This document shows positions 41,299 through 52,500 of a stretch of DNA of 64,000 nt, in pieces; the first letter of the stretch is position 1, and each line of letters opens with the position of its first letter. This stretch comes from Calditrichales bacterium (lineage in GTDB: Bacteria > Calditrichota > Calditrichia > Calditrichales > J004): NCBI GenBank assembly GCA_965267575.1, contig OZ254086.1:1056001-1120000 (forward strand). The letters are read 5' to 3'. A program made the translations under genes and the position numbers. The notes beneath the pieces are model-generated. The model worked only from the letters and a program-made list of their open reading frames with translations, was not told the origin of the DNA and made no database searches.

Positions 41299-42102
41299 CT
41301 AAAACCGCAAAACAAAATGCACACCCGTTGGCGTTATGAAAAACTGTGATTGCTGCTTACTCGTTTCGCCGTCCGCCAGGTTTTTAAAACTTTGGCCGAC
41401 GCTCTTTCCGATGGAGTAGCCTAACAAAGCCCCGGCCACGAAATCCGAAAACCAGTGGATATTTGTGGAAATACTTAATCCTACAAAAGCGGCATAGGCC
41501 GCAGACGACGCCTTGATGGTACTGTTCTCCGGGTACATCTGCCACATAACCGTAGCCATGGCAAAAGCATTTGTGGTGTGTCCGCTTGGCCAGCCGTCAA
41601 AAATGCCGCGACGCATAAAGCCAAAGTTGAAATCATCACTGTAATCCACGTCTGTTCCGTATTCATCTTCCGGTGGCTTGCGCCCGGTGATGGCCTTGTA
41701 GGTAGAAGAGACCAGCAGACTTGTCATCACCGATTGTCCCAATGCCAGCCCGGTGTACATCAACCTGGCATCTTCATCTGCCTTTCCTGAAAAATAAAGG
41801 ATAATGGGTACCGTCAAAGGTACAAGCCCGCCGACGCTTACACCGGCAAAACCCGCATCGGATATGGCCTTATTCTCCTGCATGTAGAGCCAGTAATCCC
41901 AATCTGCCCCGCTTTCGATGATGGCATAGGACAAGCCAATTGCCGAGGCGTGATACAAACCGTAACCATTGCTGAAAGAGCTCAGCAGGTTTTTATCAAA
42001 TTCATGGAACAGGTCACCGGCTGTGGGTAAGTTTTTGTCGTTTTCGGATGCAACCAGGGTGATGTTTGCAGCAAGAAATAGAAGTATTGTGAGTGAACGC
42101 AT
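41299..42102 (-). CDS. PAP2-family phosphatase-like membrane protein
   Basis: K..TGRKPP, PSGH and HWFSD motifs. The third motif reads ISTNIH, without the usual SR. Confidence 0.8.
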   Translation of the reverse strand: MRSLTILLFLAANITLVASENDKNLPTAGDLFHEFDKNLLSSFSNGYGLYHASAIGLSYAIIESGADWDYWLYMQENKAISDAGFAGVSVGGLVPLTVPIILYFSGKADEDARLMYTGLALGQSVMTSLLVSSTYKAITGRKPPEDEYGTDVDYSDDFNFGFMRRGIFDGWPSGHTTNAFAMATVMWQMYPENSTIKASSAAYAAFVGLSISTNIHWFSDFVAGALLGYSIGKSVGQSFKNLADGETSKQQSQFFITPTGVHFVLRF

Positions 42103-42179
42103 AATGATTTGGACCGTAATGGGATCGTTTGTTCTAATAAAGAACTAAAACCTATTGTTATTTCATTTGGCTTCCAAAT

Positions 42180-42300
42180 CGCGTTCGCTATCGGAATCGA
42201 TTATTAAACGCCCTATTGGATAGACAGCCCTTCGTGAATAAAAGTCTCCTTTTTGCCGATCCCGATTACGATAACGATTTCAATCGGATTACGATTCGTA
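42180..42300. repeat. degenerate hexamer (CGATHAC-like) repeat tract
   Basis: CGATCCCGATTACGATAACGATTT at about 42257-42280; similar tracts occur at 49425-49441 and 59198-59226. Confidence 0.5.
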
Positions 42301-42365
42301 TGCAGATTAAATATGATATAGTCATTTCGTTAAAAGTACAATCGTAATAAAGAAAATGTTGGGGC

Positions 42366-42396
42366 AAAAAAAATGGCGGCCAATTCGACCGCCATT
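42366..42396 (-). terminator. intrinsic terminator
   Basis: Minus strand AATGGCGG-loop-CCGCCATT followed by a T run. Confidence 0.8.
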
Positions 42397-42415
42397 GTTC
42401 AAAGTGGGATTATTT

Positions 42416-42928
42416 TTAAAGATTTATCTTGGCTTCGAAAGAGCCGTTTGTAACGTCCTTTACATCACTCTGGTCGGAGCCATTTAACGGCGCGTCAAAC
42501 GCAACGGTACCCTTCACGCTCGATTCGGAAAGCTCCGTAATCGTCACCGTGCCGCTTGTGGCCAGGTAGGTTTTTATATCCAGCGGGTCGCTTGCGCTGT
42601 TGGTTGTGTAGCGCCCGGTTGCTTGTCCGCCGATCAACGCAATGTTAAACGTACCGACGGCCGCGCCCTGCATAATGACTACCTGCATCTGCTGAGACAA
42701 ACCGCTGTTATCCGTATACTGGCCGGTAACCGTAAGCACGCCGCTGTTGCTGGTGGCTACAACGGCCGTATTGGCACTCCAGGACGTGCCGTTAATGTCG
42801 GCAGTAAAAGAGCCGTCTGTGTTGTTATTGTTGTTGCCTTCTTCATTGGAGCTGCTGCTGTCTTCCGAGCAGGCGGCCACAAATAAAAAGCTCAACATCA
42901 AAAAAAGTGAAAAGATACGCTTGAACAT
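42416..42928 (-). CDS. lipoprotein of unknown function
   Basis: Lipobox VAAC, S/N-rich linker, beta-rich domain (GTVTITE...VKGTVAF...VTNGSF). Confidence 0.75.
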   Translation of the reverse strand: MFKRIFSLFLMLSFLFVAACSEDSSSSNEEGNNNNNTDGSFTADINGTSWSANTAVVATSNSGVLTVTGQYTDNSGLSQQMQVVIMQGAAVGTFNIALIGGQATGRYTTNSASDPLDIKTYLATSGTVTITELSESSVKGTVAFDAPLNGSDQSDVKDVTNGSFEAKINL

Positions 42929-43074
42929 AGTTCCTCCTAAGGGTTATCGTAAAACATGTCTGCTCCTTAGAAGGCAACTGGCGGGCCAAAACGGATTTTA
43001 GCCGCCTCAGCCCCTTTTCTGTTTCATTGGCGCGACAATTTGTATGGATAGGAGCGTCGCGCGTATGCGACAGA

Positions 43075-44835
43075 TCATCCTGCGCCGCCACCACCGCCGC
43101 CGGCGGCTCCGGCTGCACCGGCACCCGCGGCACTGCCCGCGCTGCTCACGGCAACCGTGTTTGAAGTACTGGCTATAATGGCACCCATAAAGACAGCATA
43201 ATCCATATCGGCAATCTCACCCTGTTTGGTGGCCGGCAGCCAGCCAAGGTATTTTTCGCGCTCCGTTTGGGGGATCGCTTCGATAATGTTACGCATATTT
43301 TTTTCGCCCAGGCCCAAGGCCACAGCCCACACAAGATAACGGTCATAGGAGTCATAAATAACCGGATTAGTGGGATTGATCTTCTTGACGAAAGCTTTGA
43401 GCTGCTGCGCCCGCTTAAACATTTCCTTGCTTTCCGGCGTCATCCGCAAAACTGTAAAGGAGAGCGCGAACAGCACAAAACCACCGATAATCACAAAAGC
43501 GAGCGCTTTTCCGGCCATTACGGCAAACACAATGCCCAGCGCGGCGATGGCCAGCCCCACGACCGCCATCAATACGGTGCCTGTAATGCTGGCCCTGTCA
43601 TAAAAGGGCTGTTTCTTCAAAATTTCCTTAACCGATTTGTACCATTTCTCGTACCATTTGCGCACATCGCTTTTGCGCTTTTTCAGTGCGTCGCTGTGCA
43701 ACTCATCTCCGCCGGCAAGCTCATCGAAGAGGAAAGTAATCATCTGATTTTCAAAATCATGCAGGGTGCTTTGCGTGCTTTTCCAGTTGTCGCGCCGCAA
43801 ACGTAAAATAAACTTTTTAGGCTTGCGCGACTGCTCCCCGGCATCAATGCGGATGATTCCACGACGGGCCAGCTCCAGCAGGGTGGCCGCCACCGACCGG
43901 CCGCTGACCTGGTTCTGATTGGCGTGTCCGGCAAACAGCGCCGGATGCATATCAGGAAGCATCCCCTGCTGAGAGTGATCCACCCTTACTTCGAAGCCGC
44001 GGCCCAGACGGCCGTAAATAAACACGAGTGCCACAACTCCGGTAGCGAGGATCAGCCAACCCCAAGGGGTGAGTTCTTCCGCCAGTTGCTGTTTTTCTTC
44101 CTGCTCGCGGAAATAGGTTTCACGGCGCTGCTCACGTTCCATGGCCAGTTGCAGCTCCTCTCTGCTGATCGCATCACGGACGGCGTTGGGGCTTTGGGCA
44201 ACACCGGTCAGCATGTATTCCGGGAAAAGCAGGCGCATTAAGAACGGCGTCCTGCGGTCCAGGTTCGTGGTCTCGGCAATCACGCGATCATCCCGTGTTT
44301 CAATCGCGCCAAAAAGCGGCTGACGCAACCAGGCCTGCACCGTGCTGCGGCTTGGGGCTTCCTGTGGCAAAAAGACAGTCACACGCATAAAGCCGGTATC
44401 CTTGGGCCGGCTCTCTCCGGCAAAAGCAAAAAAGAGCTCACCCGCATCCTGGTGCCGTTTCACCACATCGTTCAGGGTAAAGGCCAGCGTGAAACGGCGG
44501 CTTTCTTTGCGCGCGCTGTAGTGCCATTTGATGTACAGTTCATCTTCGCTGATTTCGACCTGATAGGTGCCGTCGTCTTCGGAATCGTTTTGCAGATATG
44601 CCCGGCCGCCTTCACGAACGGCCACACCGGAAACATCGCCAATATCGCGCAGGGGAAGACTGTAATCGGCCCAGCTGAACGATCCTTTTTTGAAACGGAT
44701 TACGCGCGTATGCTTTATTTGCAGGGCACCATCCTCCGTTATCCGCGCCTGCACCAGGACGGAATCGATGCTGTAGCTTTTGGCTTGCAGGGAAAGGGGA
44801 AGGGCGATCAACATCGCCAGCAAGAGCTTTTTCAT
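43075..44835 (-). CDS. DUF2207-like membrane protein
   Basis: Signal peptide, KSYSID start, ATLLELARRG, YLVWAVALG and a Gly-rich C-terminus. Confidence 0.85.
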   Translation of the reverse strand: MKKLLLAMLIALPLSLQAKSYSIDSVLVQARITEDGALQIKHTRVIRFKKGSFSWADYSLPLRDIGDVSGVAVREGGRAYLQNDSEDDGTYQVEISEDELYIKWHYSARKESRRFTLAFTLNDVVKRHQDAGELFFAFAGESRPKDTGFMRVTVFLPQEAPSRSTVQAWLRQPLFGAIETRDDRVIAETTNLDRRTPFLMRLLFPEYMLTGVAQSPNAVRDAISREELQLAMEREQRRETYFREQEEKQQLAEELTPWGWLILATGVVALVFIYGRLGRGFEVRVDHSQQGMLPDMHPALFAGHANQNQVSGRSVAATLLELARRGIIRIDAGEQSRKPKKFILRLRRDNWKSTQSTLHDFENQMITFLFDELAGGDELHSDALKKRKSDVRKWYEKWYKSVKEILKKQPFYDRASITGTVLMAVVGLAIAALGIVFAVMAGKALAFVIIGGFVLFALSFTVLRMTPESKEMFKRAQQLKAFVKKINPTNPVIYDSYDRYLVWAVALGLGEKNMRNIIEAIPQTEREKYLGWLPATKQGEIADMDYAVFMGAIIASTSNTVAVSSAGSAAGAGAAGAAGGGGGGAG

Positions 44836-44848
44836 GATGGCTCCTTAT

Positions 44849-45229
44849 TTAACAGGTGGAATGGATCAACGCGCCTGTGGGTTTTCCGGCGCACAGCCGG
44901 TTGTAAATTTCCACAGCCCGTGCAGTGTTGGTCTGCTGATATGGTATAGCTTCTTTTTCCAGCCACTGTCGCGCGTCATCACTTAGTTGCAGGCGATCGT
45001 AAAAACCCTGTGAAAGGACCATGACCTGCGCGCCCTGCTCCCTGAGAAACTGCAGGTCGGCGATGAGGATACCCGGCTGGTGATGCGTGCCGCTGACTGT
45101 CCAGTCCCACTCTTTAGCGCCACCGGGAAAAAGCATAACATCTTTGAAGCGGTCGGTTTGATTTTCCACCCGCACAACACCCCATTCACAGGAAACTATA
45201 CGGGGAGAATTTGTCTTATTTTTAAACAT
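44849..45229 (-). CDS. Mth938/AAMDC-like protein
   Basis: KDVMLFPGGAKEWDW..GTHHQPGI and a C-terminal GALIHSTC. Confidence 0.88.
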   Translation of the reverse strand: MFKNKTNSPRIVSCEWGVVRVENQTDRFKDVMLFPGGAKEWDWTVSGTHHQPGILIADLQFLREQGAQVMVLSQGFYDRLQLSDDARQWLEKEAIPYQQTNTARAVEIYNRLCAGKPTGALIHSTC

Positions 45230-45326
45230 CTCGGTCTGTGGCTGAAGTTATTTAAAGCTGTTAATAAAATAAGCAGTAGAGCGCTATTTTAAAAGCCAGG
45301 AGAAGATTAGCGGCTCAACCGCCTAC

Positions 45327-47465
45327 CTATTTGACAAGGAGCATTTTGCGTGTTTGAGAATAGCTTTGGGCCGATAGCCTGTAGAAGTATACGCCGGATG
45401 AAAGCCTGCTTCCGTCAAAAACAGCCAGATGTCTGCCGGTGGGACGCTGTTCATCCAGCAGGGTTGTAATGTGGCGGCCGGCCGCGTCAAATATTTCGAG
45501 CTTTATGTGACCTGGCCGCGGCAGTTCAAAGGGGATACTGGTGAGCGGGTTAAAAGGGTTTGGATAATTAGCTCCCAGCGCTGGACGGGTTGGCAGCGCG
45601 TTTTCCGGGTTGCCCAGGGCCGTTAACAGGGTGTCAGTGCTTTTCCAGATGCCCTCGTTGGTGCCCAAATAGATATAGCCTTGCCGGTCATAAGCAATCG
45701 ATGCATATTCCAGCCTGGCCAGCTGATCGCCGATGTACGTCCAGTTGTTGCCCAGATCATCGGATAACCAGAACTCGCCCTCGCTGTAGCCGGCGGCAAT
45801 AAGCTCAAGCTGCGGTGTGGATGAGACTTTTAAAATGGCATCTTCAGTCAGGCCGGTGTTGGCCTCCTGCCACACATCGCCTTTATTGAAAGAGCGGTAG
45901 ACTCCGCCCCCGGCCAGCGAGCAATACAACATGCCATCGTCAGAAGCTTCGATAGATGTGATGCGGTGGTTTCGGGCCAGCCCGGTCGTAATCTCTTCCC
46001 AGGAATCGCCTTTATTCTTGGAGCGGAAAACCAGTCCGTTCTCCGTACCCATAAAAAGCGTACCCTGATCGTCTGACTCAAAACTGGAGATTGCGTTACT
46101 GCCCGATATTTTTGTCCAGGTTTGGGCATTGTCAGAAGACCGGAATAATTCACGCGTGGAAAGCCTGCAATAAAGGGTACCCTCAACATCTTCTTTTATA
46201 TCGAGTACAGGCGCGTCGCCAAACTCGCCCCACTTTGTCCAGCATAAGCTGTCCGTATTCCATTTAAACAATCCGCGTTGTATGGGGACTTGCAGCAGGT
46301 CCGGGCGTGCGATGCCCACAAACAATTCTCCGGATTGGGTGACCAGAATGGAGTGGATATCGGCCGTGCTTATGCCATTGCTCATGTTTAGCCAATCCGA
46401 GTCGTTTTCGCTTTTGTACACACCTGCCCGCCAAACAGCAGCGTAAATTGCACCGGACGCATCTATCGCCATGCCATTTATCTGGCTGTTAAAAATTCCG
46501 GCGCTCCATTCATGCCAGGAATGACCGTCGTCAAGCGAGCGCCACACAGCGCCGCCGCAGGTTGTAAGATACAGTATATTGCTTGAATCCAATAACAGGT
46601 TCGAGAAACAACCGTCCTCCGCCGGCCAGGGTATTTCGGAAAATGTGTAACTATAATCTTGAGACTTCAAAAGGCCACGGTAATAGGTTGTAACAAATAT
46701 TGTAGAATCATTTAAAACAACCATGTCATTGGCGAAGGAGTTACGAAGGTCATCCGTGAAGTCCGTTTCGATCCAGCTTTGACCAAAGTCGTTTGAAAGA
46801 AATGTCCCGACGTTTTCCGTCAAAGCATAAAAAGTGCTATCTTTATTGCGAACATACTTTACAGCATAATCATCTTTTAAGTAGCCTTTATCTACCCAGG
46901 TATTTCCACCGTTATCACTATAATACAATCCACTGTTTCCCGAAACAAAAAGTCGACCAATATTCGAGAAATATATGTCATTAATGGCCCCCAACTGGTT
47001 AGTTAATATTCGCGCCCATGTACTACCTTGGTTGACACTTCTAAAGACCTCTTCAGGGCTTTGCGCTGTCCCAACATATACTGTATTCATGTTATCTGTT
47101 TCAAGGCACCAATCTTTTTCTCCTGCCAAAAACCGCTCTTCAACCCAACTCATACCGTTATCACGAGAGACATAGGTACCCTCGGAAAAAACGGCGGCCC
47201 ATAGACCGCCGTCATAATTGTAAGCCAAATCTTCCACCCTATCTTCAAATATGTGTGGGCTGAGCAACCATGTGGAGCCGTTGTCAAAGCTGTAATAAAC
47301 CCGGCCATCTATTGTCCCAAGAGCCATTCGTCCATCCCCGTTCTTTGAAGTGGCCATAGAACGTACTACACCTCCTGGTGGACCAGGCAGCTTTTGCCAG
47401 ACTTCCTGGGCGCTTAATACCAAAGTTAATAAAAGTATAAACACATGAATGAGACGATAACGCAT
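45327..47465 (-). CDS. secreted Asp-box (BNR) beta-propeller protein with C-terminal sorting-type domain
   Basis: Many SxDxGxTW repeats; NYPNPFNP...RKMLLVK tail. Confidence 0.85.
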   Translation of the reverse strand: MRYRLIHVFILLLTLVLSAQEVWQKLPGPPGGVVRSMATSKNGDGRMALGTIDGRVYYSFDNGSTWLLSPHIFEDRVEDLAYNYDGGLWAAVFSEGTYVSRDNGMSWVEERFLAGEKDWCLETDNMNTVYVGTAQSPEEVFRSVNQGSTWARILTNQLGAINDIYFSNIGRLFVSGNSGLYYSDNGGNTWVDKGYLKDDYAVKYVRNKDSTFYALTENVGTFLSNDFGQSWIETDFTDDLRNSFANDMVVLNDSTIFVTTYYRGLLKSQDYSYTFSEIPWPAEDGCFSNLLLDSSNILYLTTCGGAVWRSLDDGHSWHEWSAGIFNSQINGMAIDASGAIYAAVWRAGVYKSENDSDWLNMSNGISTADIHSILVTQSGELFVGIARPDLLQVPIQRGLFKWNTDSLCWTKWGEFGDAPVLDIKEDVEGTLYCRLSTRELFRSSDNAQTWTKISGSNAISSFESDDQGTLFMGTENGLVFRSKNKGDSWEEITTGLARNHRITSIEASDDGMLYCSLAGGGVYRSFNKGDVWQEANTGLTEDAILKVSSTPQLELIAAGYSEGEFWLSDDLGNNWTYIGDQLARLEYASIAYDRQGYIYLGTNEGIWKSTDTLLTALGNPENALPTRPALGANYPNPFNPLTSIPFELPRPGHIKLEIFDAAGRHITTLLDEQRPTGRHLAVFDGSRLSSGVYFYRLSAQSYSQTRKMLLVK

Positions 47466-47607
47466 TTGCTTTCTGAGCTCGGATTTTGGGAAAAGACTTC
47501 AAAAAAATATAAACAGGCCTTCAGCAATTCAATGACGAAGTACTAAAAGGCTGTTATATAAGATTTAATTGCTTATACCGCCCGAATCGCCAAAAACCGG
47601 ATTAATA

Positions 47608-49305
47608 CTATTTTTTATATTTCACCTTCCCACCCACAATCGTATACAGCACCTGCGTCTCGCGGATCTGCTCTTCGGAAACGGTGAGCAGGTCATGCGA
47701 CAGCACGGTCAGGTCGGCCAGTTTGCCGGGACTGATGGTGCCTTTGATATCTTCCTCAAAAGCGGCATAGGCGTTGTAAATGGTCAGCGAGCGCAGGGCC
47801 TGTTCGCGGGTCATCGCCTCCTGCGGATAAAACTCCACATCGGGAGCCGTTTTGCGCGTGACCGACGCGTAAAAATTGGCAATGGGATCGATCGCTTCTA
47901 CCGGGGCATCTGTGCCGTTGGCCAGCCGGGCGCCGCTGTTCAGCAGGCTTTGCCAGGGATAGGCACCTTCACCGGCGCGCTCTTCGCCGATGCGTTTTAC
48001 CACCCACGGTCCATCCGAGGTGCAATGCACCGCCTGCACCGAAGCGATCACACCGTTTTGCACAAAGCGCGGCAAATCCACGGGATCAATATGCTGGGCA
48101 TGCTCGACGCGCCAGCGATGATCCTCGGTTACGTCGCGGCCCAAAACATCGCTGTAAATCTGCAGCACCTCGCGGTTGGCGCGGTCACCGATTGCGTGCG
48201 TGCAGAACTGGTAGCCGTGTTCTTTGGCAAGAGCAGCACGGGCGCGAATAGTGTCCAGCGGGGTAACAAGCTGCCCGCTGGTTGAAGGCATGTCGTTATA
48301 AGGCTCCAGCATCCAGGCCCCGCGGGCGCCCAGGGCGCCGTCGGCATACTCTTTTATGGCGCGCACGGTCAAATGGTTGTTGCCGTAGCCGACCATGTAA
48401 TATTTTTCCAACAGCGGACCTGTCAGCGTGTCATCGGCGGAAAGCATCACGTAGAGACGCACATCCAGTGTGGCGCTATCGGCCATGGCCTTAAACAGGT
48501 CAACGTCTTCCGTGCTGGAGCCGGCATTGTGGATCGAAGTAATACCGTTTTCCAGGCAATGCTCCATGGCGCTTTGCAGCTTGCGCCGCTCAATGGCCAG
48601 GCGCTGTTCATGGCTTAAACTTTTAAGGTGCCGATCGTATGCTTCCTCGATGAAATTCTCAGCGTTTTCCAGCAATACTCCTGTTGCCCGTCCACGATTG
48701 TCGCGCACAATGATACCGCCGTCGGGGTCCGGCGTATTGCGGTCGATGCCGCTCAGTTGCAGCGCCCTGGCATTGGCAAAAACGGCGTGGCCGCTGGCAT
48801 GATCCAGATAGACCGGGTTATTTGGCGAAATGGCCGAAAGAGCGTCGTGAACGGGGTAGCCCTGAACTTCCGGAGCCGGAACCGCGTCCCATTTTTCCTG
48901 GTGCCAGCCGCGACCCAGAATCCACTCGCCGGGTTCGGCCTTCTCCACCGCCTGCTCTACCTTGACAATTACTTCATCCCAGTTTTTGGCTGTTGTAAGA
49001 TCAAGGTTATTGAGAAATTTACCCAGCGTCATGATGTGAATGTGAGCGTCCGTCAACCCCGGTACCACGGTGGTGCTGTCCAGGTCTATCATTTCGGTGC
49101 GATCGCCCTGGTGGTCCATGATCGTTTCATTGCTGCCCACGGCAATAATAGAATCACCGGCAACTGCAACCGCCGACGCCCGGTCGATGCGATCATCCAG
49201 CGTGATGACCTTGCCGTTGTAAAGGATAAGATCGGCCTCCTGCTTTTGGGAACAGCCTGCGAGAATAAGAAGCAAAACCGAAAATGTCAGCAATCGGAAA
49301 AACAT
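47608..49305 (-). CDS. amidohydrolase family 3 (YtcJ-like) lipoprotein
   Basis: Lipobox LAGC; PGLTDAHIH, HAIGDRAN, RVEHAQ, GTDAP and GKLADL motifs. Confidence 0.9.
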   Translation of the reverse strand: MFFRLLTFSVLLLILAGCSQKQEADLILYNGKVITLDDRIDRASAVAVAGDSIIAVGSNETIMDHQGDRTEMIDLDSTTVVPGLTDAHIHIMTLGKFLNNLDLTTAKNWDEVIVKVEQAVEKAEPGEWILGRGWHQEKWDAVPAPEVQGYPVHDALSAISPNNPVYLDHASGHAVFANARALQLSGIDRNTPDPDGGIIVRDNRGRATGVLLENAENFIEEAYDRHLKSLSHEQRLAIERRKLQSAMEHCLENGITSIHNAGSSTEDVDLFKAMADSATLDVRLYVMLSADDTLTGPLLEKYYMVGYGNNHLTVRAIKEYADGALGARGAWMLEPYNDMPSTSGQLVTPLDTIRARAALAKEHGYQFCTHAIGDRANREVLQIYSDVLGRDVTEDHRWRVEHAQHIDPVDLPRFVQNGVIASVQAVHCTSDGPWVVKRIGEERAGEGAYPWQSLLNSGARLANGTDAPVEAIDPIANFYASVTRKTAPDVEFYPQEAMTREQALRSLTIYNAYAAFEEDIKGTISPGKLADLTVLSHDLLTVSEEQIRETQVLYTIVGGKVKYKK

Positions 49306-49505
49306 AATTCACCCCGGGGTTTAGTTGACGTGTAAGGGAAAATATAGCAGTTGTGAAGCTTTGATGCACCCCCTCGATGTCTTGAAGTCAGGAGGTCCTT
49401 TGTCGTGGGGTCAGGAAGTCTTCTTGATCCTGATCGTGATCTTTAGCGGGCGAATGCGGATAAAGAGAAAGATTATGAGAATGAAAAGGATTAATTTTGC
49501 TGCCC

Positions 49506-49574
49506 CTGTGGGGATCCCGGCGTGGCGTGGGAGGCCAGCCCCGAATAATGGCACCGGGGCAGCCGGGATCACAG
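49506..49574. repeat. branched GC-rich hairpin (REP-like, possibly a terminator between genes)
   Basis: CTGTG..GATCCCGGC pairs with GCCGGGATCACAG and encloses GCCCCG-loop-CGGGGC. Confidence 0.5.
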
Positions 49575-49589
49575 AGTTCCGTGCAGATG

Positions 49590-52500
49590 CTATTTCACAA
49601 GCAGCATTTTGCGGCTTTGGATAAAATCACCGGCCGTGAGCCTGTAGTAATAAACACCGCTGGATAAGGCCCGACCGTCCACAAGAGCGGTATGTGCCCC
49701 GGCCTCCAAGCGCCGGTTCAGGATGGTGGCCACCCTGCGGCCAAGCACATCATAGAGTTCCAGCCTAACCTGAGCCGCGCGGGCCAATTCAAAAGGCACC
49801 GTGGTTTGCGGGTTAAACGGATTGGGGTAGTTGGCCCCCAGCGCGAATCGCCGTGCCTGTTGCGGTTTCTCGTCTTCAATTGAAGTGGGGAACGTATAGA
49901 TAACATAGGCGCTGTCGGGGCCGGGCCAGTCACTCAACGGACTCAGGTTTGTAACAACGCTTTGCGTCAGGCCGCTGCCCCCTGCGGCAATATCATAAAA
50001 ATGGTAATCGCCGCCAACGTGGTCTTTCAGGCCAATCATGGCGCCTATATCGCCACCGCCGAATGTACCCTGCTGCACCGGACCGTAGACAAATTCTATA
50101 TGCGAATCGCTTTCATGAATGTGCACCTGGAAGTTGAGACGTGTTGTCGTTTGGTTGGCATCAAAATAGGCGCGGACATTGTTGTATTCGATAACAAAAA
50201 CCCGGTTTGGCTCACTGCCCAGGGTTTGGTGCCCGACAAAACCGGCGCCAGCTCCCGTATCGGTATTCAGGTCTTCCCACCAGGGACCCAGCGTTTTTGT
50301 GGGCCGGCTGGTTGAGGCCAATGAGCCGTTCTGGTTAGCGCCGATACTGCCAATCTGCGAAGAGGTTGAAAGCCCGTAGGTCGTACCGTCCCCACCGCGG
50401 CCAAACTCCACCCAGCCATTCGTGCTGATCTGCACTTTATTATAGGTCTCATTATCAAAGGTCACCGAGAAGGGCAAATTCACATTGCTCTGCACATCGT
50501 CTCCACGCGGCAAAATAGTCGGATTGTCGAGGCTTGTATAGGCGCGGTAAATCTTGGATACCTGCGTCTGCGTAATCGTCGGCGGTGCAATGACGCTGGT
50601 AAGCAGGGTCACATCACGCTGCCCGTCGTTAAACACAATCCGGTAAGTGCCGGCATCTTCCACGCTGAACGGCTCATCCATCTGCCAGGGCAGGCTGCCT
50701 TGCGGATCGGCGCAGCACACCTGTTTTTCTTCCGCGTAAACCAGGTTATCCTGATCATCATACACATTTACGGAAAGCAGGGCTGCTGTTTGCTGATTGC
50801 CTCCTCCCGGATTTTGCAACGTTCCCGAAAAACGCAAATCGCTGCTGCCGGTGATGATCGTGGCCGGCAAGGGATCGAATGTAGCGACGTAATGCTCATC
50901 CGGCGTGTGGTATAATGGCCGCTCCCAAAAACCGTTGCCATGCGTGGCCAGACGCAGCTTACGGTTGGCGTTGGAAATATTCAGATCCATGGCGATCACC
51001 GCTTCCGGCAGATCGCGGCTGTAAATGTACCAGCTGTCGCCGCCATCGGGAGTGAGATAGACGCCCAGATCATTACCGGCATACACATGCTGCGGCTGCA
51101 ACGGATCAATAGCCAAAGCAAGCGTCGGTACATCGGGCAGGCTGCCTGTTATATCGGTCCAGCTTTGTCCGCCGTTGGTCGTTTTATAAACGTGGCCGCT
51201 GCCATAGCCGCCAATCGCAATATAAGCGGTTTGATTGTCCTGCGGGTGGATGGCGATATCCATCAAATAGCGGTCGGGCAGAATGCCGGTAATATCCGTC
51301 CAGGAATCGCCGCCGTCCTCGCTGCGGTAAACGTGGGCCCTTGAAGAGATAGGCGAAGTCGCTCCCATGATCACGTCGGCGTCATCGGCGGCCACATCCA
51401 TGGCCAGGAAAGGATTGTTGTCGAAGCTGGCGCCGGATGCTTTCAGCTGCCACAGATTTCCCAGGTTCTCCGTGCGGTAAATGCCCTGACGCCCCGAATA
51501 AAGCACATTAGGCTGCTCGCTGGCGACAACATAGGGCGCGATAAAGGCCCGCCGCTCCGACGACATGCCATTTGTTGCCGTTACAAAATTCTGTCCGCCG
51601 TCTTCCGAGCGCAGAATATTGTTGTATTGCCAGGAACCCCACATGATGTTGTGGTAAAGCGGATGGATTGCCGCCCAGGAGCCGTCACCGCCGATGACAC
51701 GGCGCCAGTTTTTACTGCCCTCGTAGATAACCGTGTTGTTATCCTGCAAGCCGCCGATGGCCAGAGTGGAGTCGGTCCAGGCGCTGGCGGTGCCGTTGTA
51801 AAACTGGCTGGTCACCAGTCCCTGTCCTATGTCCTTGTAAACGCGCCCGAAGTTGGCGCTGCGGTAAACGCCGCCGTCATTGGCAATGTACAGCACGTTG
51901 GGATTATTGGGATCTTTGGCGTAGTTGTGGTGGTCCACGTGTGGCCCGCTGATCTGGTCGAGACTCTGGCCGCCGTCACTGGAGGCATAAATCTGCACCC
52001 CGGCATGAACCACCTTTTGCTCATCAGTGGGGTGGACGGCAACAAAATGGGCAAAAAAGCCCTGGTACTGCGGCACGTCTACGCTATGAACAAGGCTCCA
52101 GCTTGTGCCAAAATCATTACTGCGGTAAAGGCCCTTGCCGTTGAGACTGTCGGCCACACTGGCAAACACCGTATCGGGACCGCTGTCAAAATAGTCGATC
52201 AGGGTTTTGCCGTGGAAAGAGGGTATTCCGTTTACTTTGGAAAAATTCTTGCCGCCATCGAGGCTGCGGTAAATGCCACTGTTGCTGCTGCCGAGGTTGC
52301 CGCAGGAGACCAGCACCTTCAGCGTATCATCGGGGTTAACGATGATGTCCTGCGCCATGGGAACATCCAGAACGGTGTTCCAGCTTGCGCCGCCGTTTGT
52401 GCTTTTAACCAGTCCTTCCGTTGTGGCGGCATAGACGCTGCTGCTGTTCTGGGGATTAATGACAATATCCTGTATACCGCGCTGTTGCGACTGTGTCCAG

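Noticed and set aside
41299-42102. PAP2 protein as part of the tocopherol pathway
   Set aside because: Separated from the cluster by two unrelated genes, and no such step is required.
49506-49574. Structured ncRNA (SRP RNA, tRNA or riboswitch)
   Set aside because: No SRP, tRNA or riboswitch consensus recognised, and it shares sequence with a REP-like element. An Rfam scan would settle it.
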